A stretch of DNA of 64,000 nt from Candidatus Poribacteria bacterium (GCA_965218095.1 OZ244587.1:3232001-3296000); one strand, 5' to 3'. Counted from the stretch's first letter, positions 10,606 through 21,462 are shown. Numbers and translations are program-made. Notes: a model not told the origin generated them from the sequence alone.

Positions 10606-11274
10606 TTATGAAGATGAACCCATCTGGTACACAGCACGATAGATCTTCCGTCCTTCAGCCCGGTATTTGATCTCAAAGCTCGTTGGAATATGCTCCACTT
10701 CAATTGAATCGGGTGTAACATAGACCAAAGGCGGGGTGTGAGTCAGTCTCTGGTGAATCTCGTAGAAATACTCTGCGTAGTCTGTGGCGAGATGAAGGCA
10801 TCCACCATTTGGATTAAGCGTCCGGATGAGCGCACGTAGCCAGATCTCGTTTCTAAAGAGCCGACGCTTGTGATGACGCTTCTTGGGCCACGGGTCGGGA
10901 AAGTAGACATGATACACTCTCACCGAGCCATCGGCGACATAGCAATCGACAAAGTAAGCAGCGTCGCTCCTAACGAGAAGAACGTTTGTGGCGTTCTGTT
11001 GCAGCAGCAGCTCCTTTGCCCGCTGAAGGTATTTCAGCGCCCGCTCAACGCCAACGTAATTAGCCTCCGGGCGCCGCTTCCAGACTTCAAGTAGAAAACG
11101 CCCCTTGCCGCAGCCAATCTCTATCTCAACGGGATTGTCATTCCCAAAGATCGCCTGCCAATCCATCGGGCGTTCAATGTTGGTTAGATTGGTCTTCGTG
11201 TCTTCCCTGAGATCGAACAGAGCAGATCTCCTCGCCATAATCTCAAAGAATTTCTCATAGTGTGATTCATCCAT
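10606..11274 (-). CDS. trmB: tRNA (guanine-N7)-methyltransferase
   Basis: 'EIGCGKGRFL', 'YFPDPWPKKRHHKRR', 'ATD', 'TSFEIKY'. Confidence 0.95.
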   Translation of the reverse strand: MDESHYEKFFEIMARRSALFDLREDTKTNLTNIERPMDWQAIFGNDNPVEIEIGCGKGRFLLEVWKRRPEANYVGVERALKYLQRAKELLLQQNATNVLLVRSDAAYFVDCYVADGSVRVYHVYFPDPWPKKRHHKRRLFRNEIWLRALIRTLNPNGGCLHLATDYAEYFYEIHQRLTHTPPLVYVTPDSIEVEHIPTSFEIKYRAEGRKIYRAVYQMGSSS

Positions 11275-11367
11275 TCCGTTTGTTTCCTCACCTATCGGGA
11301 TGATTCAGAAATGAATTGATACTTTAAACCCATTGCGGCTGAAGTCCGACAGATCACTGGAAACTGA

Positions 11368-11400
11368 TACAGGATACAGAATTCAATTGTATCCTGTATC
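11368..11400. repeat. Perfect 13-bp inverted repeat between holA and trmB
   Basis: GATACAGGATACA...TGTATCCTGTATC. Confidence 0.6.
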
Positions 11401-11556
11401 TGGCATTCCCGATTGCAAATCGGGGTTACCCTCGATCTCTGATCGGGGCTCAACTTGCATTTTGGTAAGGATTAACCTTGCGAAATTTCCCCATTTTTCG
11501 GTGTCAAAATTTGTTGAGTGGAGTACAAGCTAGGCTGCGTATAAAACGTACCAGCT

Positions 11557-12981
11557 TTACACGCTATTCCTCGCCGGCCTTCTAATGTTTGGTTTAACAC
11601 AAAGCTCATAGACCAGTTGCTCTAAGATACATTCCGGATCTAATTGGCTGCTTTTGAGTTGTATATCCGCATCCAGTGTTTTCTCTAATCCGTCGATCAA
11701 TTCCTCTGTACTAAAATAGGGAATCGCTTGGATCACTTTATAAGCAGCGTAAGGATTCTGCTTGAGGAGGTTGACTTGAGCCGATTTGGGGAGGAGATCT
11801 GCTGCCTTCGCAGCGACCGGCTTAAACACGGTATCTGCAAAACTCTGGTAATTCATTCGACCCGCCGTTGGCTTCAACTCCCCCTTCTCAGCAAGCAGTT
11901 TGGCCTGAAGCATGAGTCGGATCTGTCGGGTGATTAGGGCGTTGACTTTAATTGGTGGCTCACCGCTTTCCAATACGCTGTAAAGGCTAGACAATGCCTG
12001 CGAAATCGATCTTTTTCCAAGTGCGTCTGTAAGCGCGAAAATGTTCTCAAAACTGCTTTGGGCGACGAGGGTTTGGATATCTCTCTCGTCAATCCGCGTC
12101 TTCTCTCCAACGAAAGCGACCAGCTTTTCGATCGCTTCCGAAATCAGATACATATCGTTGCCGGTTCGCTTCTGAAGCAGATTAAAAGCGCCAGGCATTA
12201 TCTGCTTCCCAAACGCTTCAAGCCTTCTGAAAACGCTTTGGAAAACCCTATCCTGCTGGATGGATTTCCCAACCTCCAAAGGCGCAAAAGCGACATATCT
12301 GCCGACACGATTGATCGATTTGACAAGCCGACTCCGTCCATCAACATTCCCTTTGAAGGTAAAGATTAGAACACTCGTTTTGGGTAACTCCCCTTGTAGC
12401 CACTCAATTAGCAATTCGGTATCGTCAGTCGTCTCTGATATGTGTTGCAAATCATCGATCTGGGCAGCAATTTGGGGTAGGTTGTTGAGAAACTCAAGGT
12501 CTTCCGGACGCAAGGCTTCCCGGTGCTCCTCAATGAGTGCTCTGATTGCGCTCCCGAAGTCACCACTTTGATCAGCGATCTCCTGCGCCGAAACGCCCAG
12601 GACTTTAACCATCAGTGAGATCGCCTTCCGTGGATTTCCCTCTGCGGTGGCATCAGCGGCATTTTGTATCACATCCAGCGGTAATTCGCCTTTCTGCGTC
12701 TTGAACACCGTTGACTCATTCACGACAACGACGCGCCAATCCGCCATCACCGGATAGACTTCTACTGCGCTCAGAATGTCACGAACAGAAACTTCTATCC
12801 CATCAAGGAAAGTCAGGTTGAAATCGCGGGTACTCGGCTCCAAGATACTTTCAAGCATCTGCTTGAAGGTAGTCTCAATCAGAAAGCTTTCTTCGCCGCA
12901 CAACAAGTAGACAGGATAAACTTTGCCCCCTTGGATTTCTTTGATAATATTGGGTGGTGAGGTTTGTGATTGTTGTTTCAT
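11557..12981 (-). CDS. holA: DNA polymerase III delta subunit (with internal insertion)
   Basis: 'PVYLLCGEESFL', 'DFNLTFLDG', 'NIFALTDAL', 'DADIQLKSS'. At 474 aa it is longer than a typical HolA. Confidence 0.9.
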   Translation of the reverse strand: MKQQSQTSPPNIIKEIQGGKVYPVYLLCGEESFLIETTFKQMLESILEPSTRDFNLTFLDGIEVSVRDILSAVEVYPVMADWRVVVVNESTVFKTQKGELPLDVIQNAADATAEGNPRKAISLMVKVLGVSAQEIADQSGDFGSAIRALIEEHREALRPEDLEFLNNLPQIAAQIDDLQHISETTDDTELLIEWLQGELPKTSVLIFTFKGNVDGRSRLVKSINRVGRYVAFAPLEVGKSIQQDRVFQSVFRRLEAFGKQIMPGAFNLLQKRTGNDMYLISEAIEKLVAFVGEKTRIDERDIQTLVAQSSFENIFALTDALGKRSISQALSSLYSVLESGEPPIKVNALITRQIRLMLQAKLLAEKGELKPTAGRMNYQSFADTVFKPVAAKAADLLPKSAQVNLLKQNPYAAYKVIQAIPYFSTEELIDGLEKTLDADIQLKSSQLDPECILEQLVYELCVKPNIRRPARNSV

Positions 12982-13031
12982 AGATGCGTGAAACGTGAAG
13001 ATCTGACGTAATGATTTCGATGTATCCGGCC

Positions 13032-13277
13032 TTACCCGGTAAACTCGCTAGAATAGCGTATGGTAGACCAGTTGGGTTCACCAAGCCAGATCTTCCATTT
13101 CTGATCATATTCTAATTTGCTCTCGACTTCAAATTCTTCATCATGGAGCCAAACAAGCATACCTGTGTGGATTTTCTTTTCTCGCTTGAAAAGGTTACTC
13201 AGCGAACCATGGGTATTCAGCCTGACTTTGCCATTTTCTTCACAGTTGTTGATGTCAGCGTAGATACGAATCGCCAT
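13032..13277 (-). CDS. Small hypothetical protein, putative immunity/antitoxin partner
   Basis: RBS GAGGTG; 'RIYADINN...VRLNTHGSL...WKIWLGEPNWSTIR' directly follows a toxin-like remnant. Confidence 0.6.
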   Translation of the reverse strand: MAIRIYADINNCEENGKVRLNTHGSLSNLFKREKKIHTGMLVWLHDEEFEVESKLEYDQKWKIWLGEPNWSTIRYSSEFTG

Positions 13278-13289
13278 TTTTTCACCTCA

Positions 13290-13399
13290 CTAAAATGGGG
13301 ATGGATTGGGCATCTGCCGAAAAGTCTTACTCAATGCTGCAATTGCTGTGGAGTTGCGATACCACCACGAACGACAATATCAGATTCCGTTAGTCTCAT
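13290..13399 (-). pseudogene. Internally deleted toxin-like ORF (VVRGG...PNP type)
   Basis: N-terminus MRLTESDIVVRGGIATPQQL is joined out of frame to C-terminus ALSKTFRQMPNPSPF*. Confidence 0.45.
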
Positions 13400-13768
13400 A
13401 ATCTCTTACCCATCATAGGAGAGAAACTCATACGTCCATCATTTTAGCAAACTGTGTTTCGATTGTCAATCATCAAAAATACGCCGTATCCAACCCGCCG
13501 GCTAGAGTGGGTAATTTTGGTGTTGCATTCTCATTCCGTCTGATATAGAATTCATCGCGGGTAGTTTCTTGGAAGTCTAATAGAGCACAGCGAAGAATCT
13601 CCTCGTTAAGGTGCAAGAGATGCTTCACTTCGTTGAGGGTGACGGGAGAAGTGCGCGTTTTACTCGCTATAAGTTCATATTATAGATACTTGTACAAACC
13701 CCGATTTTACTCCGCAGTTGTTGTGACAAACCGGTTCTCAGCAGGATATACACCAAGAGGAGTCGTTT

Positions 13769-14566
13769 ATGAAAATTACTGTTCTCGGTTCAGGCACTTC
13801 GACAGGCGTTCCCGAATATAAGTGTGACTGTGACACCTGTGAAGATGCCCGGAAGTTCGGATCAAAAAATTATCGGACGCGCCCATCAATTCACATTGAG
13901 AAGGACGGAAAACACTTGCAGTTTGATCTCGGTCCCAACTTCATCGATCAGATCGACAGGAACAAGGTCGAATGGATCGACGCGGTTGTGTTTACCCATT
14001 GCCACGCCGATCATGTGAGTGGAACGAACGATATTGTGATGCCGTGCCGCAAACAGCAGATGGACATGCCGATCTACGGCTCGGAGGAGACGATTCGCAT
14101 CCTTCAACGCAATTTCGATTATATGTTCAGCAAGGAGACATTTGCGGGCGGTGGGGTCGGGCATCTACTACCTCATATCGTCGAGGAGAAATTTGAATTG
14201 CATGGGTACGAAATTACGCCGATTCCCGTTGAGCACGGCGCCGTCGTGACGTATGGCTATCGAATCGACAACTTCGGCTATGTCCCCGACGCAAAACGGA
14301 TGCCCGATTCTTCCAAAGCGTTGCTGCACGGCATCGATTTACTGATCATTGATGCGCTCAGTTTCAATCCACGCCATCCGACCCACCTCTCCGTCGGAGA
14401 AGCAATCGAGATTGCCGAGGAACTGCAACCCAAAGCAACCTACTTTACGCACATCATGCACCGACTCGATCATCGTTACTTGGCGGATCAGTGCCGGGAA
14501 CAGAATATTGATCTGCCTGAGAATGTCTATCTATCATACGACGGACAGGTATTTGAAATCTCATAG
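13769..14566 (+). CDS. PhnP/YycJ-like MBL-fold hydrolase
   Basis: 'VLGSGTSTGVP..CDCDTC', 'THCHADH', 'HPTH', 'THIMH', 'YDG'. Confidence 0.9.
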   Translation: MKITVLGSGTSTGVPEYKCDCDTCEDARKFGSKNYRTRPSIHIEKDGKHLQFDLGPNFIDQIDRNKVEWIDAVVFTHCHADHVSGTNDIVMPCRKQQMDMPIYGSEETIRILQRNFDYMFSKETFAGGGVGHLLPHIVEEKFELHGYEITPIPVEHGAVVTYGYRIDNFGYVPDAKRMPDSSKALLHGIDLLIIDALSFNPRHPTHLSVGEAIEIAEELQPKATYFTHIMHRLDHRYLADQCREQNIDLPENVYLSYDGQVFEIS

Positions 14567-14612
14567 CGTGCGTGGAAGATCGACCTGCAACTCTGCTCCC
14601 GGTAGGAGAAAT

Positions 14613-14643
14613 AAAAAAAGCGCCTCGGTCTAACGAGGCGCTT
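14613..14643 (-). terminator. Rho-independent terminator of the efflux operon
   Basis: AAGCGCCTCG-loop-CGAGGCGCTT with a T7 run on the minus strand. Confidence 0.8.
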
Positions 14644-14665
14644 GAATCTAAAATCGACAGAACGA

Positions 14666-16579
14666 TTAGCTTTTTTGCTCTTCTTCAGACTTCTCACGAG
14701 GCGGCAGAATCACCCGATCACCTTCGACCAGGCCGCCTTTGATGATGACGTCGGTTTCGTTCTGTTCCCCCGTTTCAACAGGGACTTTTTCCCCCTTCGG
14801 GGCGTCCTTGCCGTTTTCCGAGCCATCCCCCTTATCAAGGGTAACGAATTTCTCTTTTTTGATTTTAATCGTTGTAGAGACGCCATCAGCTTTCTGCTTA
14901 CCGTCCACAAGGAACGTGAAGGTGCGCTCGCCGTCACGCAAGCCGCGTTGCGAACTGTCAAGGCTAATCGTCAACTCGCCGCCATTGATGCCTGTTACCT
15001 TTCCGTTGAAACTCTTTCCACTCAGCGTCTTGAGTTCGATCTCCTGATTTTCTTTGAACCCATCCGTGTCATCACCGACTTTCGCCGTGGCGACCGCCGA
15101 TTTTTCCTCTTCGATAGCATCGATCGGTAGTATCAAGACATCTTTCTCCGTGTAGGTGATGACATCGACATCGGCGCTCATGCCCGGTCGCAGTTCAGGG
15201 GGTGAACCCACAACCTCAACTATCACCTCGAAGGTGATAATGTTATCGCGTTCCTCCCCGCTCGGAGAGATTTCGGCGACATGGCCCTCATATTCTTTGT
15301 CCTTATAGGCGTCAACTTTGATTTCAGCCTCCTGATCTAAATTCAGCCTTTCCATATCCACTTCGTTGATATAGGTCTTTACCACCATCTTTGAGAGGTC
15401 TGCAATCGTCATCAACGGAGGGCTCTGGGAGAACGCAGATCTACCAGAAGTCACAATTTCACCCTCTTCAATTTCAAGCAGGATGACAGTACCCGCCATC
15501 GGCGCCTTAATTGTTGTCCATCCCAAACGCTCTTCCTGGTTTTTCAAGTTGCTCTGGTTCCGCAGCAGATTCGCTTTCGCGCTTGCTTTCGATTGTTCCG
15601 TCACCAGTTTCTCATTTTCAAGGGTCCGTTGAATCTCCTGAAGGCGGGTTGTAGCAATCTGCAGTTGGAGTCGCTTCTCCTCCTCTTCAGCCTGTCTCAT
15701 CTCAATCAGTTTTTCTCGATTCAACCGCTGATACTCCATGGTTAATTCCCGGGTTGCGATTGCGCTTTTTCTGGCATTAATGGTTTTGTCCTGAGAATCT
15801 TCAGTTTTCTTTTGAGATTCGAGCCGTTTCTCCGCACTCTTGTATTGGGACTGCGAACTTGCATATCTCGATTCCGCCTCCTCCAGGGATTTCTTAGAAA
15901 CGAGTTTCTTCTCAAACAGTTCCTTGTTCCGTTCCCACTCAGATGTAGCGTTATCACGCGCCACTTTCGCCGATTCAAGTTCTGTTTCAAGCTCTGAGCG
16001 CCTTATTTGCGCACGGCTGAGTTCGATTTCCGCCTGTTCCAGCGCGATTCTATCCTCTGCTAGGTCATTCTTTGTCGTTTGAATCTGTGTCTCAGCTTGC
16101 GTAATCTGTGTTTGAGAACCCGCCAATGTTGTTTTCAAATTTGCTTTAGCGATTTCAACATTGTCCAATGCTTGCCGCAATTTGCTCTCAAGCTCCTCCG
16201 CTTTGAGGTCGATGTTGAGTTTCGCTTGCTCAAGCTGCGCTGTCGCAGCATCGACGTTGGCTGCGGCCTGCTTTTTGTCTTCTTGTATCTGCTCTGGGTC
16301 AATATCCAGTAGCACCTGACCAGCTTCAACATAATCCCCCTCATCGACATGAAGCTTGACAATTTCGCCTTCGACGTTCGACTTGACTTCAACGTCCACG
16401 AGCGGTTCGAGATTTCCTGTTGCGCTAATTCGCTTCTGGAAATCTCCGCGTTTGACAACTTCGACCTGTTTCTCAGCTTCGTCGTCTTTTTTGCTACGCC
16501 CTTTAATCCACCCCCATGATACGAAGGTTCCTCCCGCTAAGACGAGAATCACAACGATGCTAACGATGATTTTTTTCAT
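14666..16579 (-). CDS. MacA/HlyD-family periplasmic adaptor with very long coiled coil
   Basis: N-terminal TM, 'ISATGNLEP..VEVKSNVEGEI', about 250-aa coiled coil, 'TIKAPMAGTV', 'LRPGMSADV'. Confidence 0.9.
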   Translation of the reverse strand: MKKIIVSIVVILVLAGGTFVSWGWIKGRSKKDDEAEKQVEVVKRGDFQKRISATGNLEPLVDVEVKSNVEGEIVKLHVDEGDYVEAGQVLLDIDPEQIQEDKKQAAANVDAATAQLEQAKLNIDLKAEELESKLRQALDNVEIAKANLKTTLAGSQTQITQAETQIQTTKNDLAEDRIALEQAEIELSRAQIRRSELETELESAKVARDNATSEWERNKELFEKKLVSKKSLEEAESRYASSQSQYKSAEKRLESQKKTEDSQDKTINARKSAIATRELTMEYQRLNREKLIEMRQAEEEEKRLQLQIATTRLQEIQRTLENEKLVTEQSKASAKANLLRNQSNLKNQEERLGWTTIKAPMAGTVILLEIEEGEIVTSGRSAFSQSPPLMTIADLSKMVVKTYINEVDMERLNLDQEAEIKVDAYKDKEYEGHVAEISPSGEERDNIITFEVIVEVVGSPPELRPGMSADVDVITYTEKDVLILPIDAIEEEKSAVATAKVGDDTDGFKENQEIELKTLSGKSFNGKVTGINGGELTISLDSSQRGLRDGERTFTFLVDGKQKADGVSTTIKIKKEKFVTLDKGDGSENGKDAPKGEKVPVETGEQNETDVIIKGGLVEGDRVILPPREKSEEEQKS

Positions 16580-16602
16580 GGTTTGATAGCTCCTTTTCTA
16601 AT

Positions 16603-17901
16603 CTAATCCGATCTAAGTGCCTCTACAGGCGTTAGCTTCGCCGCTTTGTTTGCCGGGTACAACCCGAAGAAAACACCAACTGCCACAGAAACAGTCAGGG
16701 CAATAATCATGGTGGTAACGGAGATAACCGAGGGCCAATTGCTTCCTTCCCAAACGAATTTATTGATCAACCCCGCACTCGCCCTTCCCATAAAAACACC
16801 GAGGATTGCCCCAAGCACACCACCGCCGATACTCAACACGGAAGCCTCAACGAGGAACTGCATCAAAATATCACGCCGCTTTGCGCCAATCGCCTTCCGC
16901 AAACCGATCTCCTTTGTCCGTTCGGTGACCGAGACCAGCATAATATTCATGATGCCGACACCCGCTACAAAGAGCGTGATGCCGGCAATCCCTCCCATCA
17001 AGTATTTCATCGTCCGCCCAATCTTTTCCGCCGTTGCCAGTTCTTCCTGTGCCGTCCAGTATTGATATTCCTCGCCAGAATTTCGGTGTATTCTCCCTAA
17101 TATCCTTTTCGATTCTTCCTGGACAAGTTCAACCTTGTCCAGGCTTTCCGCTTCAACACGAATGCGCTCGACATCCTTCTTTCCCGTAAAACGCTGCTGC
17201 AATGTCGTGATTGGGATAATGAATCGGTCATCCCAGCCCTCGGTGTCCATCGCGTCGCCCTTCTCTTCCAATACGCCGATCACTGTTAAGCGCACGTCAT
17301 AGCGGGGCCCCCAACTCGTTGCTCGTGTTGCCTTCATTTCCCTGCCAATCGGATCTTCGCCCTTAAAAATATCTTCGTAAATTTTATGACCGATAACGGC
17401 GACAGTACTGGCGTTTTCGACTTCCTCATCATTGAAATGGCGCCCCATCACCGGATACCAGTTATGTGATCTTGCGTAACCCGTTGTTGATGCGATAATC
17501 GTCGACTCTTTGCTGACCCCCTGGTAATATACACTCCACTCCCTGTCATCTCTTTCAGCGATTGCATGGACAACCCCTCTGACTTTCTCAAGGATTTGGT
17601 ATGCATCTTCAGCCTCTAAGCGTTCTGCACGATTTCGTCGAAAACGCCGGAGCGTTCGTCCGGCCCTTCGGCTCAGCGTTCCCGAGACCTGATCCCACTC
17701 GTCAAAGGAAATCTCGATCATGTGCAGACCGCCGGTGCGCTCAATTTCGCCTAAAACCAGGGCGCGTGCGCCGTCACCGACTGAAACCATGCTCACCACG
17801 GCGCCAACCCCGATGACAATCCCCAAGATGGTCAATCCGGAGCGGAGTGGGCGCCGGCGTAAGCTAGCGAGTCCAAGCACAATACATTCTAAGAGATTCA
17901 T
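16603..17901 (-). CDS. MacB/FtsX-type ABC transporter permease
   Basis: 'RSGLTILGIVIGV', 'GIMNIMLVSVTERTKEIGLRKAIGA', 'PANKAAKLTPVEALR'. Confidence 0.93.
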   Translation of the reverse strand: MNLLECIVLGLASLRRRPLRSGLTILGIVIGVGAVVSMVSVGDGARALVLGEIERTGGLHMIEISFDEWDQVSGTLSRRAGRTLRRFRRNRAERLEAEDAYQILEKVRGVVHAIAERDDREWSVYYQGVSKESTIIASTTGYARSHNWYPVMGRHFNDEEVENASTVAVIGHKIYEDIFKGEDPIGREMKATRATSWGPRYDVRLTVIGVLEEKGDAMDTEGWDDRFIIPITTLQQRFTGKKDVERIRVEAESLDKVELVQEESKRILGRIHRNSGEEYQYWTAQEELATAEKIGRTMKYLMGGIAGITLFVAGVGIMNIMLVSVTERTKEIGLRKAIGAKRRDILMQFLVEASVLSIGGGVLGAILGVFMGRASAGLINKFVWEGSNWPSVISVTTMIIALTVSVAVGVFFGLYPANKAAKLTPVEALRSD

Positions 17902-18014
17902 GCCATCTCCCCATCTTCGTATGTCAAACCTTGTTAAAGACCTCTTCTAAAACGCTATGAAACGTAATGCGTGAGACGTAATCCGCAGATCTAAAACATT
18001 TGCGCATTGCATAT

Positions 18015-19310
18015 TTACTCTGTCCGAAGCGCTTCAATGGGCGAAAGTCGTGCGGCTTTCACCGCCGGATAAAGTCCGAAGGAAATGCCAATGGCTGCTG
18101 AAACGGCGACCGAGATAACCATCCACTGGGTGGAGATGACGGTAGGCCATTCAGGGACAACCTTAACAATATTTACCGCAATATTTGCCATGCCGTGACC
18201 TGCACCAATACCTAAGCCGATGCCGAGGGTTCCACCGATACTACATATCGCAACCGCTTCAACCAAAAACTGGAGGAGAATATCCCGCCGCTTGGCACCA
18301 ATCGCTTTTCGCAGCCCAATCTCTCTCGTGCGCTCCGTAACGGATACCAACATCATGTTCATGATGCCAATCCCGCCCACAAGCAGCGAAAACCCCGCAA
18401 TGCTGCCGAGCGTGATTTTGATAACCAGGCTAATCTTATGAAATTGCTCCATGCTCTCATTCAAAACCCGGATGTGAAAGAAATCGTCTTGATTCCGGTG
18501 TCGTTTTCTCATGACGGTTTTGACCTCTTCTTGAGCTTTGTCAACCAAATCTATGCTCTTTGCCTTGATGGTCAGCATCCTTAGATGATCATTTCCCGTA
18601 AATCTTTCTTGCGCCGTTGTTAACGGTACGAACAGGATGTTATCGAGGTTCCAGCCAAAGCGGAGGCTTCTCCCACGCGCCTTCATCACGCCAACAATGG
18701 TAAACCGCACCATAATTTTTTCTCGCCTGCGCCGTCTGATTTCCCAGTCAGTGCTACGTGACACCTTGATCTCTTTGCCGATGGGATTTTCATCGCCAAA
18801 CAGTTCGGTCGCCAGTTCTGATCCAACGACACAGACTTTATGCCGCATATCGAATTCAGTTTCCGTAAAAAAACGTCCCTGCTGCACCTTCCAATTCATC
18901 CCAATCGGAAAGTGAGAATCGACGCCGTTATATCCTGTGCGTTTTTCGGCGCCGCCTGCGGCTTGAACAAGAATTCCCCTCCACCGCGGAATGCGCGGTA
19001 TCACCAGTTCTACGGAAGGACATTCCGCTTCAATCGCTACGACATCATCGTACTTGAGATACTCGTTGCTACGATTACGGACCCATTTACCGTTTTTTCT
19101 AATCCAGCTACCACGCCACATACTAAATTGGCTTACACCGCCGAGCTTATCTGCATCTTGGAGTACAATCGTCTTTGCTCCATCCCCCACGGCGATCATC
19201 GCAAGCACAGAAGCCACGCCGACGATAATCCCTAACATTGTCAAGAGCGAGCGCATCTTATTCGTGCGAATTGCTGCGAACCCGACTGAAAATCCTTCGC
19301 CAATTTTCAA
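18015..19310 (-). CDS. MacB/FtsX-type ABC transporter permease
   Basis: 'RSLLTMLGIIVGV', 'VSVTERTREIGLRKAIGA', 'KAARLSPIEALR'; TTG start. Confidence 0.93.
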   Translation of the reverse strand: MKIGEGFSVGFAAIRTNKMRSLLTMLGIIVGVASVLAMIAVGDGAKTIVLQDADKLGGVSQFSMWRGSWIRKNGKWVRNRSNEYLKYDDVVAIEAECPSVELVIPRIPRWRGILVQAAGGAEKRTGYNGVDSHFPIGMNWKVQQGRFFTETEFDMRHKVCVVGSELATELFGDENPIGKEIKVSRSTDWEIRRRRREKIMVRFTIVGVMKARGRSLRFGWNLDNILFVPLTTAQERFTGNDHLRMLTIKAKSIDLVDKAQEEVKTVMRKRHRNQDDFFHIRVLNESMEQFHKISLVIKITLGSIAGFSLLVGGIGIMNMMLVSVTERTREIGLRKAIGAKRRDILLQFLVEAVAICSIGGTLGIGLGIGAGHGMANIAVNIVKVVPEWPTVISTQWMVISVAVSAAIGISFGLYPAVKAARLSPIEALRTE

Positions 19311-19518
19311 TTGTCTTCCCTCCTTAATTATGGCTCACCCAATTTCCATCGCAGTGATTGGACGAAGCGTCATGGGATTGGTTTATTCATTTGACCAAAT
19401 GTGGCAGTGGTGGTAGAAATCTCCAACGGTAGAAATTTCCTTGACAATCCGACGCAACTGCTGATAATATTACCTGCCTAAATTTCAACTAAATCCAACA
19501 ACTGCGAGGTCACTCAGC

Positions 19519-19860
19519 ATGCCAATTATCTATCTCGAAGACATCCTCAAACAAGTTGACAGCAAGTATTTAGCTGTGAACATTGCCGCTCAACGGGCAC
19601 GTCAACTTAATGATGAGAGGAGTCTTCCAATGCTAATGAGTAATGCCGAAAAACCTGTATCGATTTCACTCGAAGCGCTGAACGAGGGCAAGATTAGCTA
19701 TAAGGAGTTAGATCAACCGGTTGATACCCCGGAAGATTCTCCATTTAGTTCCATCCACGGTGACGACGAGAAAGTAGAGGTGTTGGAAGAACTTCATCCC
19801 TCTCAAGAACGCGATGATAGCGATTCGGACGCCCCGGATGAACCGGAAGAGGGACTGTAA
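19519..19860 (+). CDS. rpoZ: RNA polymerase omega subunit with acidic C-terminal extension
   Basis: 'VDSKYLAVNIAAQRARQL', 'KPVSISLEAL..GKI'; TTGACA at 19441 upstream. Confidence 0.9.
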   Translation: MPIIYLEDILKQVDSKYLAVNIAAQRARQLNDERSLPMLMSNAEKPVSISLEALNEGKISYKELDQPVDTPEDSPFSSIHGDDEKVEVLEELHPSQERDDSDSDAPDEPEEGL

Positions 19861-20156
19861 ATCGGTTGTCGATGCAATTTATTAAAGATTGACGATGCGA
19901 TAACGACGAGTCGAAAAACTGTACATCACCCCAGCATGGTGTACTATCACTAAATCGTTGAGAGAATCCATTTGATTTCTCGAAAGAGCCTTACTGTGTA
20001 TTGCGTGATGAGTGAGAAGTGATGAATCATGGGGTAGTCACTCATCACTTGTTACGTCTTCATTTTCGTAAAGTTAAGCGAAATTTGTTGAGAGCGAAAA
20101 TAGTTGCATAAATAGCCTCCTGTTGTAGGCGATCACAGAAATAAACAAGGAATTAT

Positions 20157-21462
20157 ATGATGACGTCTGAACAATCCAAGAAGAATCAGAGGATCCAGGT
20201 CACAAAGGAGCTTTTCTGGGAGGCATCCAACGAGGGCTGTCGATTAAACGCCGCGATTATGGGTTATACCTCCGCTACGGGTGAGAGCCTTCTCGGCGTT
20301 ATCGGTGAACCTGTCTTTACCCAGGATGAAACAGGGACACAATCCAAACTTGAACGCTTGATTCGGTCGGATTTGGGGAGTAAACTCATCCACTCTTCAG
20401 ATAACGGCAGAACATGGAGGGAGGGTGAGTCCCTCGTTGCCACACGCGAGACTAGCGACGTGGTTACCGACGACTACCTTGATGTTGAGAATGATGTACA
20501 TATGTATTTCATTCTTCGCCGAGTGATGGACCTGGCCAAGCTCGCCGGCAGGCATGGCATGACGTACTCGCAGCAACTCTACCGTGATGTCCCGCGATGG
20601 CGGTCAGATCTGGGAGAAAGCGCAGGCGGTCGTCCAGAAAGGCGAGGAATATAGTGAATCGCACTACGCAAGAGGCATCTGGTACGGCAAGAACGGAGGT
20701 TATATCTACAATGACCCGATTAAACTCCGCAATGGAAGCATCCTGTTGCCGTTTCAAGTCTGGCCGTGGGATGAAAAGAACAACAAGCTGAGCACCTGTA
20801 AGTTCTCTACAGTCTTCATCGGGACGTGGGCGAAGGATTTGAGCCGGATCCAATGGGATTATGGGGACTATATCGAAGGATTGCCGGATTGCTACGGCAG
20901 CCTTTGCGAACCGACACTAGCTGAGTTGAAGAACGGAGATGTTTTGACAATCATGCGTGCCAGTCCAGCGGGCGCGTCCGCAAAGTTTTACTGTATTTCC
21001 AAGGATGGTGGCCGGACCTGGAGTGAGCCGAAGCGTTTCACCTATGACAATGGCGAACAGCTTCTCTCTCCACCTGCGATATCGCGACTGTACCGCTCAT
21101 CCCGGAATGGAAAACTCTACTGGATAGGCAATATCATGCCTTTTAGGGAAGACCTGTATGTAAACATGCCATACAATCTGCAACGGTTCGTATTACAAAT
21201 AGCGGAGGTGAACGAGGATAACTTTAGCATCAGGAAGGAGACCGTTACAACCATTGATGAGTCGAAGGCGGGTGAGATACCGCGTGAATATTCTAACTTC
21301 TACATCTATGAGGATAGACACAGCGGCAACATGATCCTCACGATGTGCGAAGCATGCGCCCTCCCATTGAAGGGTCCGATGGTTCCAGGATCGTATCAAG
21401 GGCCATATGCGACTAAGGAGAGCTTTACGGCCCATTCTTATAGGTATGAGATAAAAGTCTAA
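20157..21462 (+). pseudogene. BNR/Asp-box sialidase-like protein split by a frameshift near 20580
   Basis: ORF1 has Asp-box 'SSDNGRTW'; ORF2 begins 'TVMSRDGGQIW' and contains 'SKDGGRTW'. The two frames overlap at about 20580. Confidence 0.7.
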
